From: Candidatus Woesearchaeota archaeon
Lineage (GTDB): Archaea > Nanobdellota > Nanobdellia > Woesearchaeales > CG1-02-33-12
Reading direction: 5' to 3'
Length of the DNA: 37,730 bases
NCBI GenBank assembly: GCA_017609385.1
Contig: JAFCEA010000004.1
Location: 1-37,730 of the forward strand
Made by a program: the position numbers and the translations under genes. The first letter of the stretch is position 1, and each line of letters begins with the position of its first letter. Of the stretch, positions 17,520 through 26,541 are shown piece after piece. The notes below the pieces were generated by a model. The model did not search any database. It was not told the origin of the DNA and worked only from the letters and a program-made list of their open reading frames with translations.

Positions 17520-17957
17520 TTACTTCCTTGCTTTTTCTAGTTTGCCTTTTAATAAGGCATCTAATGACTGGTCATTTACTTTTTTTACGCACCATCTCAC
17601 GCCGCCGATGTCTCCCTTGGCCCGGCCCATCTTTCCGCCTATACACTCAATCACAACCTCATCGTGCTCATCAACAAGCTTTGTTGCGCCATCTCCTGGA
17701 AGGAATGCAGTAACCTGTTTGCCGTTCTTTATCAGCTGGACCCTTACACACTTTCTCATTGCAGAGTTTGGCTGTTTTGCCTCTAATTGAACTTTCTCAA
17801 GAACAATTCCCTTTGCCTGTGATGATCCTCCCAATGGATCAGATTTTTTCTTGAGATTAAGAGTCCTGCGAGTATATTTCTTGCTGTTCCACCTAAAGGT
17901 GTGCCTTCTCTTCTTGAGTTTTTTTCCAGTATTTATTCCAGATGATTTACTTCCCAT
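17520..17957 (-). CDS. rps12: 30S ribosomal protein S12 (uS12)
   Basis: [31 protein letters not shown]. Confidence 0.97.
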   Translation of the reverse strand: MGSKSSGINTGKKLKKRRHTFRWNSKKYTRRTLNLKKKSDPLGGSSQAKGIVLEKVQLEAKQPNSAMRKCVRVQLIKNGKQVTAFLPGDGATKLVDEHDEVVIECIGGKMGRAKGDIGGVRWCVKKVNDQSLDALLKGKLEKARK

Positions 17958-17958
17958 A

Positions 17959-18378
17959 TTAAATAACCTTTATTTCATTTATATCAAAATATCTTTTGAC
18001 AATCTCCTCATAGTTTCTTAGGTTTTGCCCGTTTCTTCCTATTAAGAGGCCTTTTGTTTTTGTATCTGGCCCGACAATTGTAACAACCTTGTCATCAATT
18101 TTTATTTCCTTTCCAACTAAAGGGCGGATAATATTTGCAACAAATATTTCAAGATGGGGATTAAATTCTACTATTTTAATCTTTCTATTTATCTTTTCTT
18201 TCATATTCTTTACATTAACCCCTTTTTTGCCAATTGCCTTTGCAATCTGGTTCTCTTCAACAACAAAAACCAGCAGTGAATTATTATCTATAAAGCAGTC
18301 CTTTAGTCTTGTATTTGTCAAGCTCTCAAAAAAAGACATGAACTTCATCAGATTTAGGTCATACTTTATCTTCATCAT
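17959..18378 (-). CDS. nusA: Archaeal NusA (KH domains)
   Basis: AIGKKGVNV and [10 protein letters not shown] loops; position between rpl30e and rps12. Confidence 0.92.
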   Translation of the reverse strand: MMKIKYDLNLMKFMSFFESLTNTRLKDCFIDNNSLLVFVVEENQIAKAIGKKGVNVKNMKEKINRKIKIVEFNPHLEIFVANIIRPLVGKEIKIDDKVVTIVGPDTKTKGLLIGRNGQNLRNYEEIVKRYFDINEIKVI

Positions 18379-18653
18379 TATTCCTTTAACACACCCAGCA
18401 TAGAGATAGAGTATTGCTTTTTGCAGATGACGCCAAGCTCGTCATTTGGCTGTTTTAGCATGATAACTGGAATCTTCAAGAGCTTAGAGTAATATTCCAG
18501 TTCCTTTTTTGAACTCTCATTACAGTTTGACGCTAGATAAATCTTTTCAAGCTTGTTAAGCCTTAAATTCTTTATCACAATCTTTGTTCCAATAACAATT
18601 TTCTTTGTTTTTAGATCTTTTTTTATATCAGTTAATGCTTGTTTTTTAACCAT
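18378..18653 (-). CDS. rpl30e: 50S ribosomal protein L30e
   Basis: KIVIG....K...IYLASNC...ELG.ICKK.YSIS; operon position. Confidence 0.88.
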   Translation of the reverse strand: MVKKQALTDIKKDLKTKKIVIGTKIVIKNLRLNKLEKIYLASNCNESSKKELEYYSKLLKIPVIMLKQPNDELGVICKKQYSISMLGVLKE

Positions 18654-19792
18654 TCTGGCTCCCTCTTAACCTTTGTTACAAGCCCTGGAAGTCCTGTACC
18701 AACAGGCACTGGCTGATTAAGCATAACATTCTCAACAACAGAGTTAAGGTGATCAACCTCGCCAATAAGGCTTGCATTAAAGATATGCTTTATTGGTGTC
18801 TCAAAAGATGCCCTTGCAAGAACACTTGCCTTTTCCTTTACAACCCCATATCTTGTTACACCCTTTATAGTTCCAGTGGCACACATTGTGTCAGCAACAA
18901 GCATAAGATGTCTTATATCAACATTTAAACCCTGGTTTTGTATAACCTTAAAAACCTCATTGATTATTGCCTGTCTTGCTGCCTCTATTCCAAGAACACT
19001 TGCTATCTCAAATATATTATTTGATATGGTTCTTGTTTTATCAACAAAATCAAGCTCTAATACCTTTTTAAGATTTGTTCCAGCTGTTATTATCAGGAAT
19101 TCACTTCCTTTTTTTATTGGTAATACTTGTGTTATGCCCTTTATTCCTTGTATATAGACTTCCTTGATTTTCTCCTTTACCTTAAAAAGCTGGTTAAGCT
19201 CTTTTTCCTTTTCACTAAGTTTTAATATAATGGAATCCCCTTTCTTAGAAAGAGCAAGTTCCTTAAAACTAGCCTTTATGCATTTTTGGATTACTGGATA
19301 ATTAACACCAATGCTTTCCATCCTTTTCTCATCAACCCTTAGTTCAATCTTTGATTCAGCTATATTAACCATAAATTCAGAAACAATTTCATTAAGTTTT
19401 GTTTCCTTTATTGATAAAGCAAGCTTCTTTATATTCTTGCCTTGACTATAGGGCTTTTTTAGATAAATTTCTGTCATAGGTGTTTCTATTGTTTTTTTGC
19501 CATCCAATATCTCAATAATTCTTGGAAGGCCCATTGTAATATTCATCTCTGCAACACCTGCAAAATGGAATGTATTTAGGGTCATCTGGGTTCCAGGCTC
19601 GCCAATGGACTCTGCACTAACAAGGCCTACAGATTCCCCTGGTTGGACCAACATCTTATTATATTCCATAACTACTTCTTCGAGGATTTTCTTCAATTTT
19701 GCCTCGCTTATTTTCTTAGGCAGTTTTTCTTTAATGTCATTAATTACCTTCAAAGGAAGTTTTCCTTCATATTTCTTAAATAACCTATTCAT
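18632..19792 (-). CDS. rpoA2: RNA polymerase subunit A'' (Rpo1C)
   Basis: AESIGEPGTQMTLNTFHFAGV, GLPRIIE, ARASFETP, PVGTG. Confidence 0.97.
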   Translation of the reverse strand: MNRLFKKYEGKLPLKVINDIKEKLPKKISEAKLKKILEEVVMEYNKMLVQPGESVGLVSAESIGEPGTQMTLNTFHFAGVAEMNITMGLPRIIEILDGKKTIETPMTEIYLKKPYSQGKNIKKLALSIKETKLNEIVSEFMVNIAESKIELRVDEKRMESIGVNYPVIQKCIKASFKELALSKKGDSIILKLSEKEKELNQLFKVKEKIKEVYIQGIKGITQVLPIKKGSEFLIITAGTNLKKVLELDFVDKTRTISNNIFEIASVLGIEAARQAIINEVFKVIQNQGLNVDIRHLMLVADTMCATGTIKGVTRYGVVKEKASVLARASFETPIKHIFNASLIGEVDHLNSVVENVMLNQPVPVGTGLPGLVTKVKREPEWLKNKH

Positions 19793-19805
19793 TAAATTTC
19801 ACCCA

Positions 19806-22388
19806 TTATTTTGTGGACTTAATTACAGTATTTACATCAACTATTCCACCATCAGACTTTGAAACATCTATTCTATCTTCTCCATAATTAAACTGTACAA
19901 TTTTCTTATTTGAGTCCCTAACAGTATTATCATACTCAACCTTCAAATCCTGCAAGGCATTTGCCAATCTTCTATACAAATAACCTGATTTGGGCGTTCT
20001 CAAGGCAGTATCCATGAGGCTGTCTCTTCCAGTCATTGATGCAAAAAAGAACTCTTTGGGATTTAGCCCTTTCTTGAACCCATCTGCTATAAAACCATGT
20101 GCTTCAGGACAGAGATCTCCTTTTTTGAAGCATGATAATGTCCTTTCCTTATAGCCCTTTTCTATTCTTTTTCCCCTCATAGCCTGCTGACCAACACAGG
20201 CAGCCATTTGTGCCAGATTAAGCAGATTTCCCCTTGCTCCTGACTTTGCCATTATTATCATATGTGTTTCCTTATTTGAATAATCAGAAACAATCTCTCC
20301 TGTTTCATTCCTTGCCTTGTTTAATAGTTCCAATATCTTAAGTTCAAGTGTTTCCTTTAATGTCCTGCCAGGAAATGTCTGCAATGTGTTATTATGATAT
20401 GAATCAATCAGCTTTTTTACATCCTCTCTTGCTTTAATCAAGACTTCATTGATTTTGTTGATTGCTTCCCTTGGAAGGTCAGCATCAGATATACCTATTG
20501 TAAATCCTCTCTTAAGCAAGACTGCTGTACCTAATCTGAAGATTGCCCCTATTATTTCTATTGCCTTTGCTTCTCCATATTTTTTGTGTATGTTCCTGAG
20601 CATCAGACCCTTGCCTCCGCCGATGTTTGAACTGTCTATAACTCCGTTTATTAGTTTTCCATTCTTGATTATTACATCCTCTTTTCCAGATTTTGATTTC
20701 CCTGTAAAATTGAAGTCATGAGGCATCAGGACGCTGAATATCTCCTTTCCGCTTACAAACTCTTTTTTACTCAACCTAGGAAAATCTGTTATTCCTGCAG
20801 ACAACAGAAGATCAACTGCCTCTTTTCTTAGATATTTTCCTTCTTTTGTAAGTAAATAATTTCCTGAGATTGCATCTTGGATTGCTCCAATAATGCTTAA
20901 TCCATATCTTGGTGATATAAGCTGTGTCTGTACCATCATAAGGGTTTCAGCCTCTGCCCTTGCCTCTTCTGTCTGTGGAATATGTAAATTCATTTCATCT
21001 CCATCATAGTCTGCGTTATAAGGGTGGGCGACTGTAGGATTAATCCTTAAAGTTCTTCCAGGCAGAACCCTAACCTTATGGCACATCATAGACATCCTAT
21101 GTAATGATGGCTGCCTGTTGAATATTGCTATGTCACCATCCATTAAATGTCTTTCAACTACATAACCTATTTGAATTTCTTCTAATAGCTGCTCCCTTGT
21201 TTCATCAGTTATCTTCTTCTTCTTGCCATCTGGTCTTGCTATATAATTAGCTCCCGGATACTTGTTTTGGCCTCTTTCAACAAATCCCTTAAGGTATTCT
21301 ATGTTCCACTCATTAACCCTCTCAGGTATTGTGAGTTTCATAGCCATAAGTTTTGGAACACCAACCTCATTTAAGTCAAGCATTGGATCAGGGCTTATGA
21401 CAGTTCTTGCTGAAAAATTTGTCCTCTTGCCAGCAAGGTTATGCCTTATTCTGCCCCCCTTGCTTTTTATTCTCTCTGTTATTGTCTTTAATGGATCACC
21501 AGAACGATGCCTTGCGGGAGGCAATTGCGCAATATTATTATCAAAGAATGTTGTAACATGATATTGTAGCAGATCCCATAGATCTTCTATGATAATCTCT
21601 GGAGCTCCTGCATTTATATTTTCAAATAGTCTTTGATTTATCCTAACAATATCTCCTAACTTATGAGTTAAATCATCCTCACTCCTTTCCCCGCTCTCTA
21701 ATGTGATAGATGGCCTCATAGTAACAGGGGGAATTGCCATTATTGTCAGAACCATCCACTCAGGCCTTATTGATTTTGGGTCTAAACCAAATACCTCACA
21801 ATCCTCATCAGTTATCTTCTCCAGCCTTGTCCTGATTTCTATTGGGGATATCCTTTTTTCATTTTCAAGAAATGTTGTTGGCTTTTCCAATGTTATCTTT
21901 TGCTGTCTGCTCTTGCAATAAGGACATTTATTTATTGTTTTAAGGCTTTTAATTATCTCCTTAATCTTTATTCTTCTCCCCTCTAACCCAGATTCAATCT
22001 CGCTCTTTTCCAATTCATCCATATATGTTTCAATCTTGTTCTTAGGAATAAGGATTCTGCTGCACTCTCTGCACGTACACCTTAATAAATCATATATAAC
22101 ACTAACAAACTTGATATGTATGACTGGCCTTGCTAAGGAAATATACCCAAAGTGGCCAACACATTCCTTGAGCTTTGAGCCGCAGGTTTTGCACTTAAGC
22201 CCTGGATCTATTACACCAAGCCTTGCATCCATTAGGCCGCCATCCACTGGATAGCCCTCTTTGTCATAAAGCTCTGGAGTTACTATCTTGGCAGAAGCCA
22301 TTTTCTTGATTGTGTTTGGGCTTAAAACACTAAAACCAATGGTTGCAACCTTTTTAAAAACCGGAATTTCATTATCTTCCATTTTCAA
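19806..22388 (-). CDS. rpoA1: RNA polymerase subunit A' (Rpo1N)
   Basis: Zn-binding C..C...C.GHFG, GKRTNFSARTVI, NRQPSLH, catalytic NADYDGD, DTALRT. Confidence 0.97.
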   Translation of the reverse strand: MKMEDNEIPVFKKVATIGFSVLSPNTIKKMASAKIVTPELYDKEGYPVDGGLMDARLGVIDPGLKCKTCGSKLKECVGHFGYISLARPVIHIKFVSVIYDLLRCTCRECSRILIPKNKIETYMDELEKSEIESGLEGRRIKIKEIIKSLKTINKCPYCKSRQQKITLEKPTTFLENEKRISPIEIRTRLEKITDEDCEVFGLDPKSIRPEWMVLTIMAIPPVTMRPSITLESGERSEDDLTHKLGDIVRINQRLFENINAGAPEIIIEDLWDLLQYHVTTFFDNNIAQLPPARHRSGDPLKTITERIKSKGGRIRHNLAGKRTNFSARTVISPDPMLDLNEVGVPKLMAMKLTIPERVNEWNIEYLKGFVERGQNKYPGANYIARPDGKKKKITDETREQLLEEIQIGYVVERHLMDGDIAIFNRQPSLHRMSMMCHKVRVLPGRTLRINPTVAHPYNADYDGDEMNLHIPQTEEARAEAETLMMVQTQLISPRYGLSIIGAIQDAISGNYLLTKEGKYLRKEAVDLLLSAGITDFPRLSKKEFVSGKEIFSVLMPHDFNFTGKSKSGKEDVIIKNGKLINGVIDSSNIGGGKGLMLRNIHKKYGEAKAIEIIGAIFRLGTAVLLKRGFTIGISDADLPREAINKINEVLIKAREDVKKLIDSYHNNTLQTFPGRTLKETLELKILELLNKARNETGEIVSDYSNKETHMIIMAKSGARGNLLNLAQMAACVGQQAMRGKRIEKGYKERTLSCFKKGDLCPEAHGFIADGFKKGLNPKEFFFASMTGRDSLMDTALRTPKSGYLYRRLANALQDLKVEYDNTVRDSNKKIVQFNYGEDRIDVSKSDGGIVDVNTVIKSTK

Positions 22389-24187
22389 TATTTGTTCTTT
22401 AAAACCAACTTCGGATGTATTGTTAATGACTTTAATTCATCAAGCAGTAGCTTGAAGGCATAGCTTATCTCAATAAAATTTATTTCAACATTATCACCGC
22501 ATATAGGGCAGTATAATTTATTCTTGAATTTATCATGTATTGCTATCATCCCACACTCTTCACAAACAGGAACTACTGTTCTGTCTGCATCAAACCTTTC
22601 CTTTAACAATAAGGATGCTCCATGTGCAACAAATGTATCTTTTTCCATCTCTCCTAAACGCAGACCACCTTCTTTTGCCCTGCCCTCTGTTGGCTGTCTT
22701 GTCAAAAGCTGTATTGGGCCTCTGGCCCTTGCATGCATCTTATTAGCAACCATATGCTTTAATTTCATATAGTAAATATTTCCAATGTAAATCTTTGCCT
22801 CTAACTGCTCTCCTGTGATGCCATTGTACATTGTTTCAACACCATTCTCTCTGAATCCCAATGATAAGAGTTCTTTTCTTAGCATTTCCTCTGGCTCAAC
22901 ATCAAATAATGTTCCGTCTATATACCTTGAGGATAAAGCACCGACCTTGCCTGCAATTAATTCTATAAGATGTGAGATAGTCATTCTTGACGGTATTCCA
23001 TGAGGTGAGAATATAAGATCTGGTGTAATTCCAGATGCTGTGAAAGGCATGTCTGCCTGGTCAACTATCAACCCAACAACGCCTTTCTGCCCATGTCTTG
23101 ATGTAAACTTATCACCAAGCTCTGGAATTCTCTGATCTCTGATCTTTACCTGAACAAGCCTATTGCCTTCACTGCTTTCTGTTATTAAAACAAAATCAAC
23201 AATTCCTTCTTCTCCATGTTTTAGTGCTACAGAACTCTCACGTCTGCTGCTTGGTGCAAAGTTATACTGATCCATAGAACTTAAGAATCTTGGTGGGCTT
23301 GTCTTGCCAATGATAACATCCCCTTCTCCAACCTTTGCTTCTTGGAAGATTATACCATCTTTTTCCAATAATCTGTAATCCTTCTCGCTCTTATATCCTT
23401 TTACATCCTTATCAGGTATTGATATTTCATCAGTAAGGCCGCCAGAATATCTTAACTCCTCAGCTATAGATGGTCTATAATATGTTGATCTCCCAAAACC
23501 AAGATTAATTGAAGCCTTGTTTAAAACCACTGCATCATCAACATTATATCCCTTATAACTCATAATAGCTACTATAATATTTTGTCCTGAAGGGTGCTTG
23601 TTATAGTTAGAAACATCATGCATGACTGACTGTACAACTGGTATCTGTGGGTAGTGTAACATATTGACATCCATATCAATCCTTATTGGAAAGTTTATTG
23701 CATACATCCCAAGTGCTTGTTTCTGGTTTTTAGATCCAATGCTTACTCTTGCACCAGGACTGAAATTTGCATAAGGTACTAATGATGTGCACAAGCCAAT
23801 CATTGCCAATGGAGCAATCTCTAGGTGCGTATGCTCATTTGTTAACTCTCCTTTGGAAAATGCAACAAAAGCATTCTCTTCTTCAGCTGCATCAAGATAT
23901 TCAATAACTCCTTGCTTTACAAGGTCAGAAAATAAAATCTCATTTTTTTGTAATTTTCTGATATGCTCATCTATTAAAAGTGGTTGTCCATCTTTTACAA
24001 CAATCAATGGTCTTCTTAGTCTGCCTTTATCATCATTTATGTGTATATTGCCAACTATTTTATCATTATATACATTTACATTATTTGAAATAACACCTTT
24101 TCTTCTTCCTTCCCTGATTTTATCACTAAATTCAATAGGGTTTTCTACTGTTCCAATAAATTTCCCATTTAGATATACTTCGCTCAT
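22385..24187 (-). CDS. rpoB1: RNA polymerase subunit B' (Rpo2C)
   Basis: GDKFTSRHGQKG, PHGIPSRMT, KLKHMV..K.HAR, RQPTEGRAKEGGLRLGEME. Confidence 0.97.
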   Translation of the reverse strand: MSEVYLNGKFIGTVENPIEFSDKIREGRRKGVISNNVNVYNDKIVGNIHINDDKGRLRRPLIVVKDGQPLLIDEHIRKLQKNEILFSDLVKQGVIEYLDAAEEENAFVAFSKGELTNEHTHLEIAPLAMIGLCTSLVPYANFSPGARVSIGSKNQKQALGMYAINFPIRIDMDVNMLHYPQIPVVQSVMHDVSNYNKHPSGQNIIVAIMSYKGYNVDDAVVLNKASINLGFGRSTYYRPSIAEELRYSGGLTDEISIPDKDVKGYKSEKDYRLLEKDGIIFQEAKVGEGDVIIGKTSPPRFLSSMDQYNFAPSSRRESSVALKHGEEGIVDFVLITESSEGNRLVQVKIRDQRIPELGDKFTSRHGQKGVVGLIVDQADMPFTASGITPDLIFSPHGIPSRMTISHLIELIAGKVGALSSRYIDGTLFDVEPEEMLRKELLSLGFRENGVETMYNGITGEQLEAKIYIGNIYYMKLKHMVANKMHARARGPIQLLTRQPTEGRAKEGGLRLGEMEKDTFVAHGASLLLKERFDADRTVVPVCEECGMIAIHDKFKNKLYCPICGDNVEINFIEISYAFKLLLDELKSLTIHPKLVLKNKY

Positions 24188-24189
24188 TT

Positions 24190-25674
24190 TTACTTTAATG
24201 GTTTTAGGCCAAGCCCTTTTAGTGATTTTATTGTTTCTTCCTCTTTAACACTTTGTGATATATTTGCAATTAATGCCAGGTTTTTCTTTAGACCTATGTT
24301 TGTTCCTTCTGGAGTTTCAACAGGGCATAGTCTTCCTAAGTGGGTGCTGTGAAGTTCTCTTGCCTCAAAATTTTCCTGGGTTGCTGATAAGGGGCTCACA
24401 ACTCTTTGTAAGTGAGATATCATATCAAGGAAATTTAGGCGTTGTATCCTCTGGCTTACACCCTTTCTTCCCCCAACCCAGTTTCCTGTTGCCATTGAGG
24501 AATAAATTCTTGATGTCAACAACTTCTCTCTTATAATCACCTTTATAGACGGGAACTTACCTCTTTTTACAATTCTCTGAAAATTGTATAAGAGGTCATT
24601 TATCAATATATTAAGATTAACTCTTATCAGGTCTGCCAATAAGTCACCACTCATCTTGACTTTTTTGTTCATGTAATGATCCTTGTCATCAACTTTTATT
24701 TCTCCCCTAGAAACACGTATGAACTTCTTTATCATCTTGCATAAGTTATAGGCTTTTTGTAGCCTGTCTTTTTTGTCAATACCTATGTGGGGCATAAGAT
24801 ATTTATCTATAATTTCCTTTGTTCTCTCAATCCTTATATCCTTTGATTGTGTTATGCCTGATTTTTTTGCAATATAATCAATTGCATCTTCCTGTGTTTT
24901 TATATCAACACATCCATATAGATTTACAAACATTTCATCATAATTATTTTCTGAAACAGCTTTCATTATTTCTTCATCCTTCATAAGACCAAGTGCCTTA
25001 ATTACAATAACAATAGGTATTCTCTTGATTCTTGTAAAACTTAAATAGATTATTCCATCTTTCATCCTCTCAATCGTGTGAGGTATCTTGAAAGAGCCCC
25101 TCTCTGAAAAGAGTTTTCCAACATATTCACTAGGGCCTGTTTTTGTTCTTTCAACCAGAAGCCTATTTGATGCTAAATCCTCTATATTAACAAGCACTTT
25201 CTCACTTCCATTTATTATAAAATAACCGCCAGGGTCATCAGGGTCTTCTTCAGCATCTATTAATGCTTCTTTATCTAGTTTATTAAGATGACAGTATTTT
25301 GACTTAAGCATGATTGGAAGATTACCAATCTCTGTCTTTATGGACTCTCTTTTTTGCCCATTAATATGTGCAGATACCTCAACAAACATTGGGGCAGCAT
25401 AGGTTATTTTCCTTAGTCTTGCCTCTGATGGGAATATATCCCTTTTTGAGCCATCTGCTTCAGTTATCTCTGGCTTGGTAATCCATATTTTGTCAAACCT
25501 TATTTTATATGTATCAACATTAGGCGGTATAATTGTTGGCTCTACCTCTTTATTTTCATCAAGAATCTTTTGAAGTTCAAAATCCACAAAATTATTAAAG
25601 GACTCAATATCAGACCTAATAATGCTGTGTTCTTGAAAATATTTTTGTATTAATAATTTAGATGTTTCATCCAT
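24190..25674 (-). CDS. rpoB2: RNA polymerase subunit B'' (Rpo2N)
   Basis: PSEARLRKITY, DPGGYFIINGSEK, DDKDHYMNK, GRLCPVETPEGTNIGL. Confidence 0.97.
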   Translation of the reverse strand: MDETSKLLIQKYFQEHSIIRSDIESFNNFVDFELQKILDENKEVEPTIIPPNVDTYKIRFDKIWITKPEITEADGSKRDIFPSEARLRKITYAAPMFVEVSAHINGQKRESIKTEIGNLPIMLKSKYCHLNKLDKEALIDAEEDPDDPGGYFIINGSEKVLVNIEDLASNRLLVERTKTGPSEYVGKLFSERGSFKIPHTIERMKDGIIYLSFTRIKRIPIVIVIKALGLMKDEEIMKAVSENNYDEMFVNLYGCVDIKTQEDAIDYIAKKSGITQSKDIRIERTKEIIDKYLMPHIGIDKKDRLQKAYNLCKMIKKFIRVSRGEIKVDDKDHYMNKKVKMSGDLLADLIRVNLNILINDLLYNFQRIVKRGKFPSIKVIIREKLLTSRIYSSMATGNWVGGRKGVSQRIQRLNFLDMISHLQRVVSPLSATQENFEARELHSTHLGRLCPVETPEGTNIGLKKNLALIANISQSVKEEETIKSLKGLGLKPLK

Positions 25675-25906
25675 TTATAACAACCCTATAATATATGGAT
25701 TTGCCTGCTGTTGGACTATCCCTTATTATTTTTATAACATCACCTAGCTTTACATTAAATCTTTCAATTGCAGGGTCTGTTGAAACTATCTTTGGCAGCT
25801 CATTCAGTGAGAGGTTATATTCTTCAAGCAATTCCTGAATTTCTTTTTTAGTTAGTTTAGAATGTTCGGGGACAAGCATATGCTTTTTAACATTAATATT
25901 TTTCAT
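25667..25906 (-). CDS. rpoH: RNA polymerase subunit H (Rpo5)
   Basis: HMLVPEH..L...LPKI...DPA......GDVIKIIRDSPTAG..YYRVV. Confidence 0.96.
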   Translation of the reverse strand: MKNINVKKHMLVPEHSKLTKKEIQELLEEYNLSLNELPKIVSTDPAIERFNVKLGDVIKIIRDSPTAGKSIYYRVVING

Positions 25907-25932
25907 TTAGTTTATCCTCGCTTTTAAGGTTA

Positions 25933-26022
25933 TGGGCCGGACGAGATTCGGACTCGCGACCACCTGATTACTTTCAACCTTTGTTAAAAGTCAGATGCTC
26001 TACCAGGCTGAGCTACCGGCCC
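25933..26022 (-). tRNA. tRNA-Lys(TTT) with 16-nt intron at 37/38 (25969-25984)
   Basis: Acceptor GGGCCGG/CCGGCCC; TCTGA-CTTTTA|ACAAAGGTTGAAAGTA|A-TCAGG; T loop TCCGAAT. Confidence 0.88.
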
Positions 26023-26061
26023 AAAGATGCAAAAACCAGAACAAAATTCTGGTTTAAGCAA

Positions 26062-26154
26062 CGCCCTGGCCGGGATTTTCAGTATTAAATGCCTTTGAAC
26101 CCGAGTCGAAGCCTCGACAGGGCTTCATGATAAGCCGAACTACACCACCAGGGC
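26062..26154 (-). tRNA. tRNA-Asp(GTC) with 18-nt T-loop intron at 59/60
   Basis: Acceptor GCCCTGG/CCAGGGC with G73; AAGCC-CTGTCGA-GGCTT; TTCAAA|GGCATTTAATACTGAAAA|T-CCCGG with BHB helix TTCA/TGAA. Confidence 0.88.
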
Positions 26155-26361
26155 ATTATAGTCCTTAATAAAGGGCATAAATCCTTCTTAAATCTTAAAA
26201 AGCCTTATTCGGCCTGTAAAAGACTAGAGAAAGATTATACCATCATGGGTTTCTGTCCCTTTTTTCATATATAAAGCTTTCGCAGGGAGTTAATTGTTTT
26301 TTGTATTTTCTCCTTTTTAGTTCAAAGATATATTTCCAAATAAAGTTGAAAAGAATAAACA

Positions 26362-26484
26362 TCCCCGCTGCCGGATTCGAACCAGCAACCTTTCGGTAAC
26401 AGCTGTCTGCATTTCATCCATTCTCACGCGAGATAGTCGGGCAGAATCTACAGCCGAACGCTCTAGCCGTTGAGCTAAGCGGGG
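26362..26484 (-). tRNA. tRNA-Tyr(GTA) with ~50-nt intron at 37/38 (26398-26447)
   Basis: C1:G72 acceptor CCCCGCT/AGCGGGG with A73; TTCGG-CTGTAG|intron|A-CCGAA. Confidence 0.87.
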
Positions 26485-26541
26485 CCTAAACAGGTGTGAA
26501 CTAATTTATTTATATAGCTTTTGTTTTTAAATAAGAAATAA

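Noticed and set aside
26155-26361. Possible ncRNA or small ORF between tRNA-Tyr and tRNA-Asp
   Set aside because: Only a 14-codon ORF and weak hairpins; best read as a promoter plus tRNA-Asp leader.
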